In this document: positions 18,570-26,900 of the stretch, piece after piece
How positions within the stretch are numbered: the stretch's first letter is position 1
Layout: each line of letters opens with the position of its first letter
NCBI RefSeq assembly: GCF_900232105.1
Contig: NZ_LT934425.1
Coordinates: forward strand, 900,001 to 932,000
DNA: 32,000 nt
From: Candidatus Kuenenia stuttgartensis
GTDB lineage: Bacteria > Planctomycetota > Brocadiia > Brocadiales > Brocadiaceae
Reading direction: 5' to 3'
The notes under the pieces: generated by a model
What the model was told of the DNA's origin: nothing
The model's input: the letters and a program-made list of their open reading frames with translations, nothing else
Database searches by the model: none
Translations under genes and position numbers: made by a program

Positions 18570-18650
18570 AACAAAAATCATCTTTTATTTCAAAGACAAT
18601 GTTGTCACCTTCTTCAAAATGAAGTCTGTCTCTAAAAGATATAGGGAGCA
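18570..18650 (-). pseudogene. Possible AbrB/SpoVT-type antitoxin remnant, truncated at its 5' end by the adjacent repeat element
   Basis: The translation ..ISFRDRLHFEEGDNIVFEIKDD.. fits the AbrB-fold pattern (IP..iR..l.l..GD.v.fei.dd). The rest of the listed 83-aa ORF is translated repeat sequence. Confidence 0.25.
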
Positions 18651-18787
18651 TTCCCGTTTTTTTGTAACCGTTAATGATGGGGTCAGGACGAAACAACCCT
18701 GACAGGGTTTGAAACCCTGTCAGGGTTAACACTACTGCAACGTTTCATTAAAACATAGCGGAAGTTACAAAAAATCAGGAATGCACC
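18645..18787. repeat. MITE-like element of 143 bp with 23-nt terminal inverted repeats and two tandem 15-bp palindromes inside
   Basis: The left end is ggagcattcccgtttttttgtaa. The reverse complement of the right end is ggtgcattcctgattttttgtaa. Inside are aaccctgacagggtt (18695-18709) and aaccctgtcagggtt (18713-18727). Confidence 0.7.
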
Positions 18788-18824
18788 CAAAGATATAAGA
18801 GTTCCGGAGAATCTTAAGGCTTTA

Positions 18825-19358
18825 CTATTCAGTTGTGCCGTCTTTTAAAGTTACCATCTTTTCTATCATCATTGTAGCCGCGATAGAAAGCATAATTGCA
18901 CAGGCAAAAAAATAAATACCTATCTGCGCGTTGGCATCTGCGATATCCCTGGTCTTGATCAGTATGACGAGTATTGCTACGATGAAAACATCAAGCATAG
19001 ACCATTTTCCTAAAATACCTGACCAGTAAAGAAAACGTTTTCTCCCTTCCGGTTCTAATGGTACGAACCAAACAAAAAGTAGGCCAATAAGTTTTACACA
19101 GGGAAACATGATGGAAAAAAAGAAGATTATTACTGCCAGACCGATGTGGTTCGACTTCCATAATTCCCACACACCATCCCAAATAGAATACGTATTTGTG
19201 AAGAAAATTACTTTTGTCAGCTTGAGTGTTGGAAGGTTCAGCCCTGCAATGAGGAGTCCCAATGCTATCACTATCATCACGGGCATATCCCATCGATACG
19301 GCTTAATACTATAAATTGACTTTTTTTGCGGCATAATATAAGGGTGTACACTAAACAA
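18825..19358 (-). CDS. PqiA-family (paraquat-inducible protein A-like) integral membrane protein
   Basis: It has four hydrophobic segments and the characteristic KWSMLDVFIVAILVILIK, plus SIWDGVWELW....GLAVIIFFFSIMFPCVKL. The start is uncertain (TTG at 19358 or ATG at 19334). Confidence 0.7.
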   Translation of the reverse strand: MFSVHPYIMPQKKSIYSIKPYRWDMPVMIVIALGLLIAGLNLPTLKLTKVIFFTNTYSIWDGVWELWKSNHIGLAVIIFFFSIMFPCVKLIGLLFVWFVPLEPEGRKRFLYWSGILGKWSMLDVFIVAILVILIKTRDIADANAQIGIYFFACAIMLSIAATMMIEKMVTLKDGTTE

Positions 19359-19509
19359 TTAGTTCGTTTATTAACTCTTAGGCATCCTGTCTGCATTCAC
19401 TACTATACAGGCAGATGGTTGGTGCGGTTATAATGAACGTGTTGATTCGGGGTGGGAGAAATCGCTAATGCCGGGTTTATTAATATGTTTCTACTTGTCT
19501 TTAAAGACC

Positions 19510-19782
19510 TCAAATCCTTTCAGGTAGTCTTCCGTACTCTATTGGTGTTTCTATTCCGAGCTTGGCCAATACATCGATTGCTTCACTTATTGAAATATCA
19601 AGTTTTTTGGATAATCCCTCTTGCGAAAGCTTGCCTTCTTTGTAATATCTTACCATTAAAAATTCCCAACCGTATTCAAGAAGCTCTCTCGCTATTGTTG
19701 ATTTATCCTTATGTTCCTGCCTGGAAAGTTCTTCAATCCTCTCCAAATCTTTCTCTTTTAATCTCAGGCTTATTACTCCCAC
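19510..19782 (-). CDS. Antitoxin-like protein: ribbon-helix-helix (CopG-like) N-terminus fused to a UPF0175-like C-terminus
   Basis: The RHH pattern is ISLRLKEKDLERIEELSRQEHKDKSTIARELLEYG. The UPF0175-like part is YKEGKLSQEGLSKKLDISISEAIDVLAKLGI. The GTG start at 19782 has an AAAGGAGG SD 6 nt upstream. It overlaps the upstream ORF by 10 nt. Confidence 0.65.
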   Translation of the reverse strand: MGVISLRLKEKDLERIEELSRQEHKDKSTIARELLEYGWEFLMVRYYKEGKLSQEGLSKKLDISISEAIDVLAKLGIETPIEYGRLPERI

Positions 19783-20045
19783 CCGCTTCCTCCTTTCAGA
19801 CGATGAGTAGCGCCCTCAATCATTTTTTTGCTGTATCTGCCATAGACGGATAGTTTCTCAAGTTTTACCAATGCAATGGATTTATCCATTTTATTTTGAA
19901 AGAGGATATGGCCACATTTTGATTTGCGATTAAACCTATTTTTGAAATCACCGCTCCAGATGTAGCACCTTTTGTTCCTCATAGTCTCGTAAGGGGGAGG
20001 TTGCAGCGTTCCACTAATATTATCCCCTGTGTAGCAGAAATGCAT
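19773..20045 (-). CDS. Putative toxin partner, with weak RelE/ParE-superfamily resemblance
   Basis: It is a small basic protein overlapping the antitoxin start. The C-terminal pattern SGDFKNRFNRKSKCGHILFQNKMDKSIALVKLEKLSVYG loosely fits the RelE-type layout G....R.g.yRiif.i.d....i..i..R..vY. I prefer the ATG at 20045 because the listed N-terminal extension runs through a palindrome. Confidence 0.4.
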   Translation of the reverse strand: MHFCYTGDNISGTLQPPPYETMRNKRCYIWSGDFKNRFNRKSKCGHILFQNKMDKSIALVKLEKLSVYGRYSKKMIEGATHRLKGGSGWE

Positions 20046-20076
20046 TGGGTTCACTTCAGGGCTAAAGCCTCTTATT

Positions 20077-20110
20077 GTGTTAACCCCATGCCGAAGCATG
20101 GGGTTAACAC
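20077..20110 (-). terminator. Perfect 14-bp stem-loop immediately downstream of the 484-aa gene (no U-tract)
   Basis: The sequence is gtgttaaccccatg-ccgaag-catggggttaacac. It lies 20 nt after the stop at 20130. The lack of a T-run makes an intrinsic-terminator role uncertain. Confidence 0.35.
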
Positions 20111-20129
20111 CTCGTTATCAAAGATTCTC

Positions 20130-21572
20130 CTATTTCACAAGCACTACTTTCAACGTTGTTTTTAGATTATTGTACTTAAATTTCACCTTTGAGGTTCCTT
20201 TCTTCTTTTTTGCAGTAATGTTAAACGCGGCCTCACCGTAGGTTTCTCCTGCAATTGTCATTGTTTTACGTGGAGATGCGGATACCTTCTTTTTGCCATC
20301 TTTGTTTTTCTTCACCGTTGCTTTAACCTTCTCGCCTGATATTGGCAGACAACCTTCGGGGGTTATCAAATACACGGTAACTTCAGCCGTTTGCCCCTTT
20401 TTCAGCTCTATCTCTTCGGGAGAAACAACTATCGAGGTAACTTCACACTCCGATGGGATAGAAGTCTCCGTTGGGTTTGGAGTTGGGCTTGAGGCTGGAG
20501 GTGTTGGCGTAACAACCGTTGCTGCCGCCAATGTAAAGTCACGGACAGTGGTATCGCCTTCAACTATCGCCACGCCTGAAGCCGGCGCCTGAATATATCC
20601 TGCCGCAGAAGCAATAAACGTATAAATTCCATCCGATATATTCTCTAACTGGTAATACCCTGTTGTATCAGTAGTCGTTTTATAGATACCCGAAATGCTT
20701 GATACCGCAGCTCCATTGATACCTTCGCCCGTGTCTTTGTCAGTTACGAATCCGGCAAGTACACCCAATGTTTCACCAGGAAGCGTGGGAGTTGCAACAG
20801 TCACCGGTGTTGGTTCCGTTGTTGGCGTAGCAGTTGGAGTAGCAACAATCGCTGTTGAAGTTGGAGTCGGAGTTGAAGTACTGCCACCACCACCACTACC
20901 GCCGCCGCCACCTCCACCTCCACCTCCACCACCGCCACCGCCGGTTGCTGGGGTAGGAGTTGGGGTTGGTGTAGCTGCCGACAATTGGGACATCGTAAAT
21001 GTGTAGGTATAAACATAGTCTCCTTCAGTTGTTTCATCACCGTTTTCTTGTACTCCTGCCGCATAAAAAGTTACAGGATCATCTATTGTCGTAGAGGGCG
21101 CATTCCACAGTACCTGCCATAAGGGCTGACTGCCTCCTAAAATAGTTTGTGATATGTATTGGTCTGATTTAGAAGCCGATTCACCAACAACGGCGGTGAA
21201 AGTGCCAATGTAATTATTATTCGCATCTAACGCTGTCATATCAAAGCCGTGATTTGGAAAGGCGTCGGTATCGGAACCTTCAAAGGAGACCGTAATCTCA
21301 ACGCTTTCCCCCAGAGTATACGTTTCGGGGGCAGATATTGAAAATATGGCGCTTCCTGAATTCAGCTCAGTTCCAGTGTGACATTCAGAACACGCATCAC
21401 CATCACCATCACCATCGGCATCGGCATCAAGAGGGGAACCTGTATGGTCGTTCCACTCCTCCCCCAATGCCATCGTTGACTTGCAGATTTGTCCAAATAT
21501 AGGACTTACCATAATGCACAACACACAGCATGAAAGGATAAAATACATACACTGCATAAACTTGTTTCGCAT
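20130..21572 (-). CDS. Secreted multidomain protein: signal peptide, Asp/Gly-rich segment with a single CXXCH motif, T/P-rich and poly-Gly linkers, CarboxypepD_reg-like domain, and C-terminal Lys-rich Ig-like (Big_2-like) domain
   Basis: The hydrophobic N-terminus is FILSCCVLCIMVSPIFG, followed by DADADGDGDGDACSECHTG. The poly-Gly run is G15-S-G4. GFVTDKDTGEGINGAAV...GYYQLENISDGIYTFIASAAGY is typical of carboxypeptidase-regulatory-like domains. I prefer the ATG at 21572 (AAAGGAGG upstream) over the GTG at 21584, which abuts the SD. Confidence 0.75.
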   Translation of the reverse strand: MRNKFMQCMYFILSCCVLCIMVSPIFGQICKSTMALGEEWNDHTGSPLDADADGDGDGDACSECHTGTELNSGSAIFSISAPETYTLGESVEITVSFEGSDTDAFPNHGFDMTALDANNNYIGTFTAVVGESASKSDQYISQTILGGSQPLWQVLWNAPSTTIDDPVTFYAAGVQENGDETTEGDYVYTYTFTMSQLSAATPTPTPTPATGGGGGGGGGGGGGGGSGGGGSTSTPTPTSTAIVATPTATPTTEPTPVTVATPTLPGETLGVLAGFVTDKDTGEGINGAAVSSISGIYKTTTDTTGYYQLENISDGIYTFIASAAGYIQAPASGVAIVEGDTTVRDFTLAAATVVTPTPPASSPTPNPTETSIPSECEVTSIVVSPEEIELKKGQTAEVTVYLITPEGCLPISGEKVKATVKKNKDGKKKVSASPRKTMTIAGETYGEAAFNITAKKKKGTSKVKFKYNNLKTTLKVVLVK

Positions 21573-22222
21573 GGTTCGCTGCACCTCCTTTAAAAAATTG
21601 TAATAACTTCCCGGATAAAAACGGAAAGAGGGTTCTGTTGATTAAGCCTCCCATTACTCCCCTTTATGAAAAAACCGGCCTCTCCGACCTATTGATAATG
21701 CTGCATTTTATCTTTAACATTTTGGGAAACCGGAGTAGATCAATAGTGTCATAATATCCTCTTGTAATCGAATCCTTCTAAAACGCCTTTTTTTGCAACG
21801 CTCGTAATAAAGCAATCGCTTAGTTCTACTGAAAAATATGTCTACTGATGAACAACTATTGTGCCATTAACGGAATATTGTTTTTAAAATATCACAAGTC
21901 TTATTTTCAAAAGCAGTTATTAATAACATTGCCACCTATGTGATAAATGAATCAAAAAAACCTCCCGATATAACAAAACAAACACACGCAATATTTGCGC
22001 AAAATAAAACACGAGGTTTTCATTTGCTGTAACAGAGAGATTATCACCTCTTCGAAGCCTGCAAACACAGGTTTTTAGTTTATATAGCCTAACAAATTAG
22101 GTTTTCTAAACATAAAAACATTGCATGCGCATTGAACAAGGGATTGCAGTCCCTTGTTTAAATTCAATTTTCGAAACCTATACGCTTGTGGCGATACGCA
22201 GTATTTGCATGAAGCACGCCAA

Positions 22223-22405
22223 GGTGCATTTCCGATTTTTTGTAAAAAAGCTTATTATTTATGCAGGATGGGCCACTCGTCAGAAGTCAGAAGTCAGAAG
22301 TCCGCGAAAAACTCTGATCTCTGATCTCTGACCTCTGATCTCTGACTTCTATATTCTCTTTTCATCCTACTAAAATGACGGGTTACAAAAAATCGGGAAT
22401 ACTCC
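22223..22405. repeat. MITE-like element of 183 bp with 23-nt terminal inverted repeats that enclose two opposed heptad microsatellites
   Basis: The left end is ggtgcatttccgattttttgtaa. The reverse complement of the right end is ggagtattcccgattttttgtaa (20 of 23 identical). Inside, (tcagaag)x3 faces (tctgatc/tctgacc)x5. Confidence 0.75.
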
Positions 22406-22489
22406 CCGCGCCCCGCCAGCGGGGGGACATAGTTTGAATCCGGATCATTGCCCCTCTGCCCCCTCGCTGTTTCCCTTTTTTGGAAGCAC

Positions 22490-22518
22490 TTGAATTAACT
22501 ATTGTTTTGCATTAAAAT
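22490..22518 (+). promoter_or_regulatory. Sigma70-like promoter (TTGAAT-17 nt-TAAAAT) upstream of the PqqD-family gene
   Basis: TTGAAT is at 22490-22495 and TAAAAT at 22513-22518, 53 nt before the ATG at 22572. Confidence 0.4.
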
Positions 22519-22571
22519 AACGCCATTATTTTACTTCTTATAACCGCACCGATTAAAGTGAAGACAGAAAA

Positions 22572-22847
22572 ATGAATTTTTCAAAACCAAAGAAGAAACA
22601 GAAAGGTGTGATAATACAGGATATTGGCAAAGAAGTAGTCCTTCGTAATGTTGATGAAAAAACGATTCATGTACTCAATACTACGGCAAGGATTATATGG
22701 GAACTTTGCGATGGCGAGCATACCATCGGGGATATGGAACGTCAATTAAGAGAAACGTTTTCCATACCCGACGATACAAACATTTGCAACGATATAGTAA
22801 ATACGCTGACTGTCCTGGCAGAAAAAGGCATGTTGGAGGAATTATAA
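22572..22847 (+). CDS. PqqD-family peptide-binding protein (RiPP recognition element type)
   Basis: The 91-aa product has the canonical pattern: VVLRNVDEKTIHVLNTTARIIWELCDGEHTIGDMERQLRETFSIPDDTNICNDIVNTLTVLAEKGMLE (LN.ta..iW.l.DG..t..ei...l...y.....a..Dv..fl..L...g). Confidence 0.85.
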   Translation: MNFSKPKKKQKGVIIQDIGKEVVLRNVDEKTIHVLNTTARIIWELCDGEHTIGDMERQLRETFSIPDDTNICNDIVNTLTVLAEKGMLEEL

Positions 22848-22862
22848 AGAAAATACTATTTT

Positions 22863-22888
22863 GTAATACTTTAGTTTTTTGAAAATAT
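22863..22888 (+). repeat. Solo copy of the motif GTAAyAyTTTAG-N4-TTTGAAAA
   Basis: The sequence gtaatactttagttttttgaaaatat matches the outer arms of the 18236-18492 palindrome and the copy at 28384-28410. Confidence 0.55.
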
Positions 22889-23029
22889 TGAAATCCATAA
22901 ACATTTAATGTAGTAGCAAGGCACGCCTTGCCGCTACATGTGGCGGTTATAATATCCGCTTGTAATTAAATATGTTACAAAAACACTTGCCCGCAAGCAT
23001 GCATTTAAAAAACGAAAATTCCTATACTA

Positions 23030-23638
23030 TTAAATAAGGCGTCGATTTATAAAAATGCTCTTATTTTCTGGCGCTTTCCCTCTGCATAAAAAAAGAAATA
23101 TTACTTTACGGAACAGTAAAAAGAGAAAACGTGTGCCACGATTCACAATTGTTTTATTACAATCCTGTTTATTTCCTGTGAATATGTTTCTTTGAAATCC
23201 GCACAACGCGCGAACAACAGGGGTACTCCTTATGATCAACCATCCTGTTGATCTGCCTGCGAAAGTGTCAAGAGAGAGCATCTTTTCCCCTCGTTTAATA
23301 GCGGATACTTTGCCTATTATTTCACTATGGCTCACCACCGGATCGGCATGCGGCACATTGTCTCCCTTTGTAATGAAGGAAAAGCCCGTACCCTTTTCTG
23401 AGATAGTTAATACCCTGTGTACAATAAGCTTGTTCTCCGATCTGAAGGCTATAATATCGCCACGCCGTATCTGTGAATAGCCACACTCAACCAGGACATT
23501 GTCCCCTTCCCTTATGAGCGGATACATACTCCTGCCAACAATGGGGATAGTAAACATTTCATTGGTTTGATCCCATACATTGACGATAGCATGCAGCACT
23601 TCGCCTGAAATATTGTTATGATTTTCTTTTTGCATCAT
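23030..23638 (-). CDS. S26B-type (SipW/Sec11-like) signal peptidase I homologue
   Basis: The Ser box is VGRSMYPLIREGDNV, followed by RRGDIIAF. The His box is LIVHRV, and FITKGDNVPHADPV and IIGKV follow. The hydrophobic segment is at the C-terminus (FLFLLFRKVIFLFLC). Confidence 0.75.
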   Translation of the reverse strand: MMQKENHNNISGEVLHAIVNVWDQTNEMFTIPIVGRSMYPLIREGDNVLVECGYSQIRRGDIIAFRSENKLIVHRVLTISEKGTGFSFITKGDNVPHADPVVSHSEIIGKVSAIKRGEKMLSLDTFAGRSTGWLIIRSTPVVRALCGFQRNIFTGNKQDCNKTIVNRGTRFLFLLFRKVIFLFLCRGKAPENKSIFINRRLI

Positions 23639-23852
23639 ATTAGAATCTTATCAGGAATTTCTTTGCATTTTTTTGGCAACATATTTAATGATCCCTTCTG
23701 CAGTAGGCAATCTACAGTCGGCAGTCGGCAGTTGACTAATGACCTCAAGCCTGTATCCCCCTTTATTAAGGGGTGACTTTTGCGGCCGGTCGCTTAGCTT
23801 AATGACATTGGTTTGCAACCTGGGCCCCACGTTTATGCTGTTCCTGATTTTT

Positions 23853-23938
23853 GTAGAGGTGCATTGCATGCGTCTCTCTGTGGTGTCAACATTTTCTTTA
23901 CGCGCAGCAGTTTCCGGACGCATGCAATGCACCTCTAC
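23853..23938 (-). repeat. Perfect 22-bp inverted repeat (42-nt spacer) between the C25 peptidase stop and the S26 peptidase gene
   Basis: The arms are gtagaggtgcattgcatgcgtc (23853-23874) and gacgcatgcaatgcacctctac (23917-23938). The element starts 6 nt downstream of the C25 stop codon on the minus strand. Confidence 0.8.
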
Positions 23939-23943
23939 ATTTA

Positions 23944-26900
23944 TTACTTTATTTTTACCCTTATTTTTTCGGCAATATTATTCACACTGAATACCACAAC
24001 CGCCTTTCCCTTTTTCTTTGCGGTAATGACAAAAGATGCTTGTCCATCTACATCAGTTACAGCAGTTTTGTTTGCAATTTTTGCAATTTTCTTTCCCTTT
24101 TTTATGTTTGCCTTTATCTCAAAACCCTCCGTATTGCCATTGGTTTCGCATGTTATTGTTATGAGGACTTCCCCTTCTTCTCCTTTCTTAAGCACTAATT
24201 TTTTAGGTTCTGCTTCAATAGCACTTATTGTACATTCCTGTGGTAAAGGAGTAGGCGTAACGGGTATTCCGTCGTCAGCAACAACATGCAACCGTGTTGC
24301 TGGATCCCCAAACAACACAAAAGTCTCTACCAATTCACTCCAATAACTACTCTGGGAGTAAGCATCCAGTTTTGCTTCTGTGCTGATCTCGCCTAAACCA
24401 TATGAAGAACCGGTAAAGACCGATTCATAAAAAGAAAGCATAAGTAATCTGTGTCCCGATGTATAGCTCAGGGCGGTTGCCGCCCATACGGCGATTGCCC
24501 CTTTATCCTGTAATCTCTGAAATTCTTCAGCAACTGAAACCTGTGTGCTTTTCCCCGTAAAAAATCCGTTAAGGCAGTTTGCAACTGTGACAACCGGCAG
24601 TTTATACCAATTATCCAGCAACGCAATGTCATCTGTGGTATAAATAGACGTGCTTGCATTCAGTCCCCACATATTTACAGCCCCGTGTCCAGTGTAATTC
24701 ACCATAAAACAACCGTTATTTATATTCTGGGTTATATTAAATGCCACATCATCGTTTGCAGTATAATCGCCTACATAAACCCTTTTTGCGGTATAGTTAT
24801 CAGGTAATAGTTCAATGATTTCTTCCGAAAGACTTTCAAAAGAAGATTGATCGTCATCCGCTACGAGTAAGACGTTTTTTGCCCAATCTTCCTCGGACGG
24901 ATGCTGATCATAGAATATTACCTTATTAATAATGTCTTCCGCCTGTTCGATTGTTTGCGCACAGAGCCGTCCGATATGCATGTCAGGGAGGATATCATTG
25001 CCACTTACAAGTACAAACCAGTTATCCGAAGGCGTCTCTCCCAATTCGTCAGTTTCTATAATCTGGGAAGGGACGTAATTTATCGTGCCTGATGCTAAGT
25101 TATCGTTGTAATCCTGATACGCGTCTCCTATTAATACAACGTATGCAGGGGCGGGTTCCTGCCAATTGTTATACGTGTAAGACAGGAAATCCCGTATTGC
25201 CTGCGGGGAAAAAATACCGTCATTAAATTCATCATAAATATCGCCAACCTTCACCGTAACCACCCTTAAACCATCATCGATGCGATGGCTGGCCAATGCA
25301 AGCGCATTATCATAAAAATCTTCATGCGTGATAATAATATAGTCCGCTCCCTTATCGGATGATTTCCATGATGATGTTTCATCCTTTTCAATTGCAAAGG
25401 GAGTTTTATATTGCGCTAATGTCAATGCCAGAAATCTTGTATCAGATTGGGCAACCCCTTCGAATTGTAATGTATATCTTTTGTTGTCGTTTACAATATT
25501 TGTGTTAATTACGCGCACAACTGCGTTGTGGTCTGTAATGTCAAATGCCTCCATATCACTGCCGGTGAAGGAGGATACTTCAAATTGATAGACGCCTTCA
25601 GAAGGCGCACGGAAAAATAGCTCATCATTTTCTGCAACATACGTATCAAGGTAGTCTATCTCTGCCCAGTTGATCAGCAATTGATCAACCGAAGCCCCTG
25701 TATCACCCACGGTTTCTACCGTAATGGTATTTTTCCCATTGTTTAAATACTCATGGGATACGGTTGCTTCATGATTGAAGACTATTCGTCCATCCCAGTA
25801 TTGATCGTCTATCTCTTTGTCATTTATATATATCTTTGTATGGTGATCCGGGTCACTCTTGCTGACGTCTGTATATCCCTTTAATTGCACCCGTATAGCA
25901 GCGGTCTCTGGACCCGAAAGGATATTTTTTATATTCAGGGTAAGCTCTTTTGTTTGCGGTGCAGTCAGTTTGCCGCCCCAGAAATAATGATCCTGTCCTT
26001 CACCCTCCGGCATTGTTTGCCAGTAATATGTATTTTCTTCAACATGGATCGTTGCTGGAAAGTAATCAGGAACAATAGCGTTGCCCGAAGTGGCGCCGTC
26101 GTGGATATTCATACGGACGCCACTGGTAGCGCCGGCGGTTAGCCAGTAAACATTTTTATCGGTATAGATATCGGTATATTCTTCGCCATAAAAAACGATA
26201 GTATCCGAAGTATTAAATACACCATCCTCTTCACCTTCAATAAATATGGCAACGTCCTCTCCCTTATTTGTCATAGTCAAAGTGCGGGGATCTATTGCGT
26301 CCACATCAAATCCGGCATCGATAAGATCATTGTAAGTTAATGTATACATGCCTTCTTCTTTCACGGTTATTTTAAGCCTGGGGGAAACCTCAGCGCCGGA
26401 ACTGTCCATTTTTCTTTGAACGGGGGTACGGTATGAATTCTCCGCAATCACAGGGCGTTTTATATTGTGGTAATTTATGATTTTCTTTTTAAGAAGATTT
26501 TCAAAAAAAGGACTTGCCATTGAAGTTTTTTTTTCAGGAGAAAGGTGACCCTCTTTCCATGAAACACGGGCGACAATCTTTCGGTAAATGCGTACCTCGC
26601 CAGTGACGGGATTGAACTGAACAGGCGTGAAATGTACTTGTGCGACCGGTTGATCGCGCAGGTATCCTTTATTGCCCATTTTTACCGGTGTGTCTGGAAA
26701 GAAGGCGTTAGAGGTATATATATGCTGATTTTCAAAGAACGTCTGCTTTATACTGCCGGAGGGGAATGTATCCTGGTTTTCCCCTTCTATCCCGGATTTA
26801 GGGGCAGGATATATATTGTATCCCTGCAAGGTTTCGTATTGTGCATCTAAAATATCAAGAGAGACGCCATGAATGACCGGCAAACCAACCATTGTTCCGC

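Noticed and set aside
18481-18732. Listed 83-aa minus-strand ORF as an intact gene
   Set aside because: Both ends are translations of repeat elements: the MITE terminus and palindromes at the N-terminus, and the GTAACACTTTAG motif at the C-terminus. Only the central roughly 25 residues look like a real (AbrB-like) remnant.
20695-21064. Listed ORFs with poly-Pro or poly-Val/Ala/Glu/Leu runs (20695-21006 +, 20801-21064 -)
   Set aside because: They are alternative-frame or antisense readings of the GGN and T/P-linker tracts of the 484-aa gene.
22268-22345. Short tandem repeats considered as a possible CRISPR array
   Set aside because: The units are 7 nt with no spacers, arranged as two opposed microsatellites inside a MITE-like element. 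No cas genes are present.
23651-24346. Listed ORFs 23651-23932 (-), 23739-23990 (+) and 23813-24346 (+)
   Set aside because: They span the 22-bp perfect inverted repeat, so their repeated peptide strings are just its two arms. They also run antisense into the C25 gene. None has an SD or a family motif.
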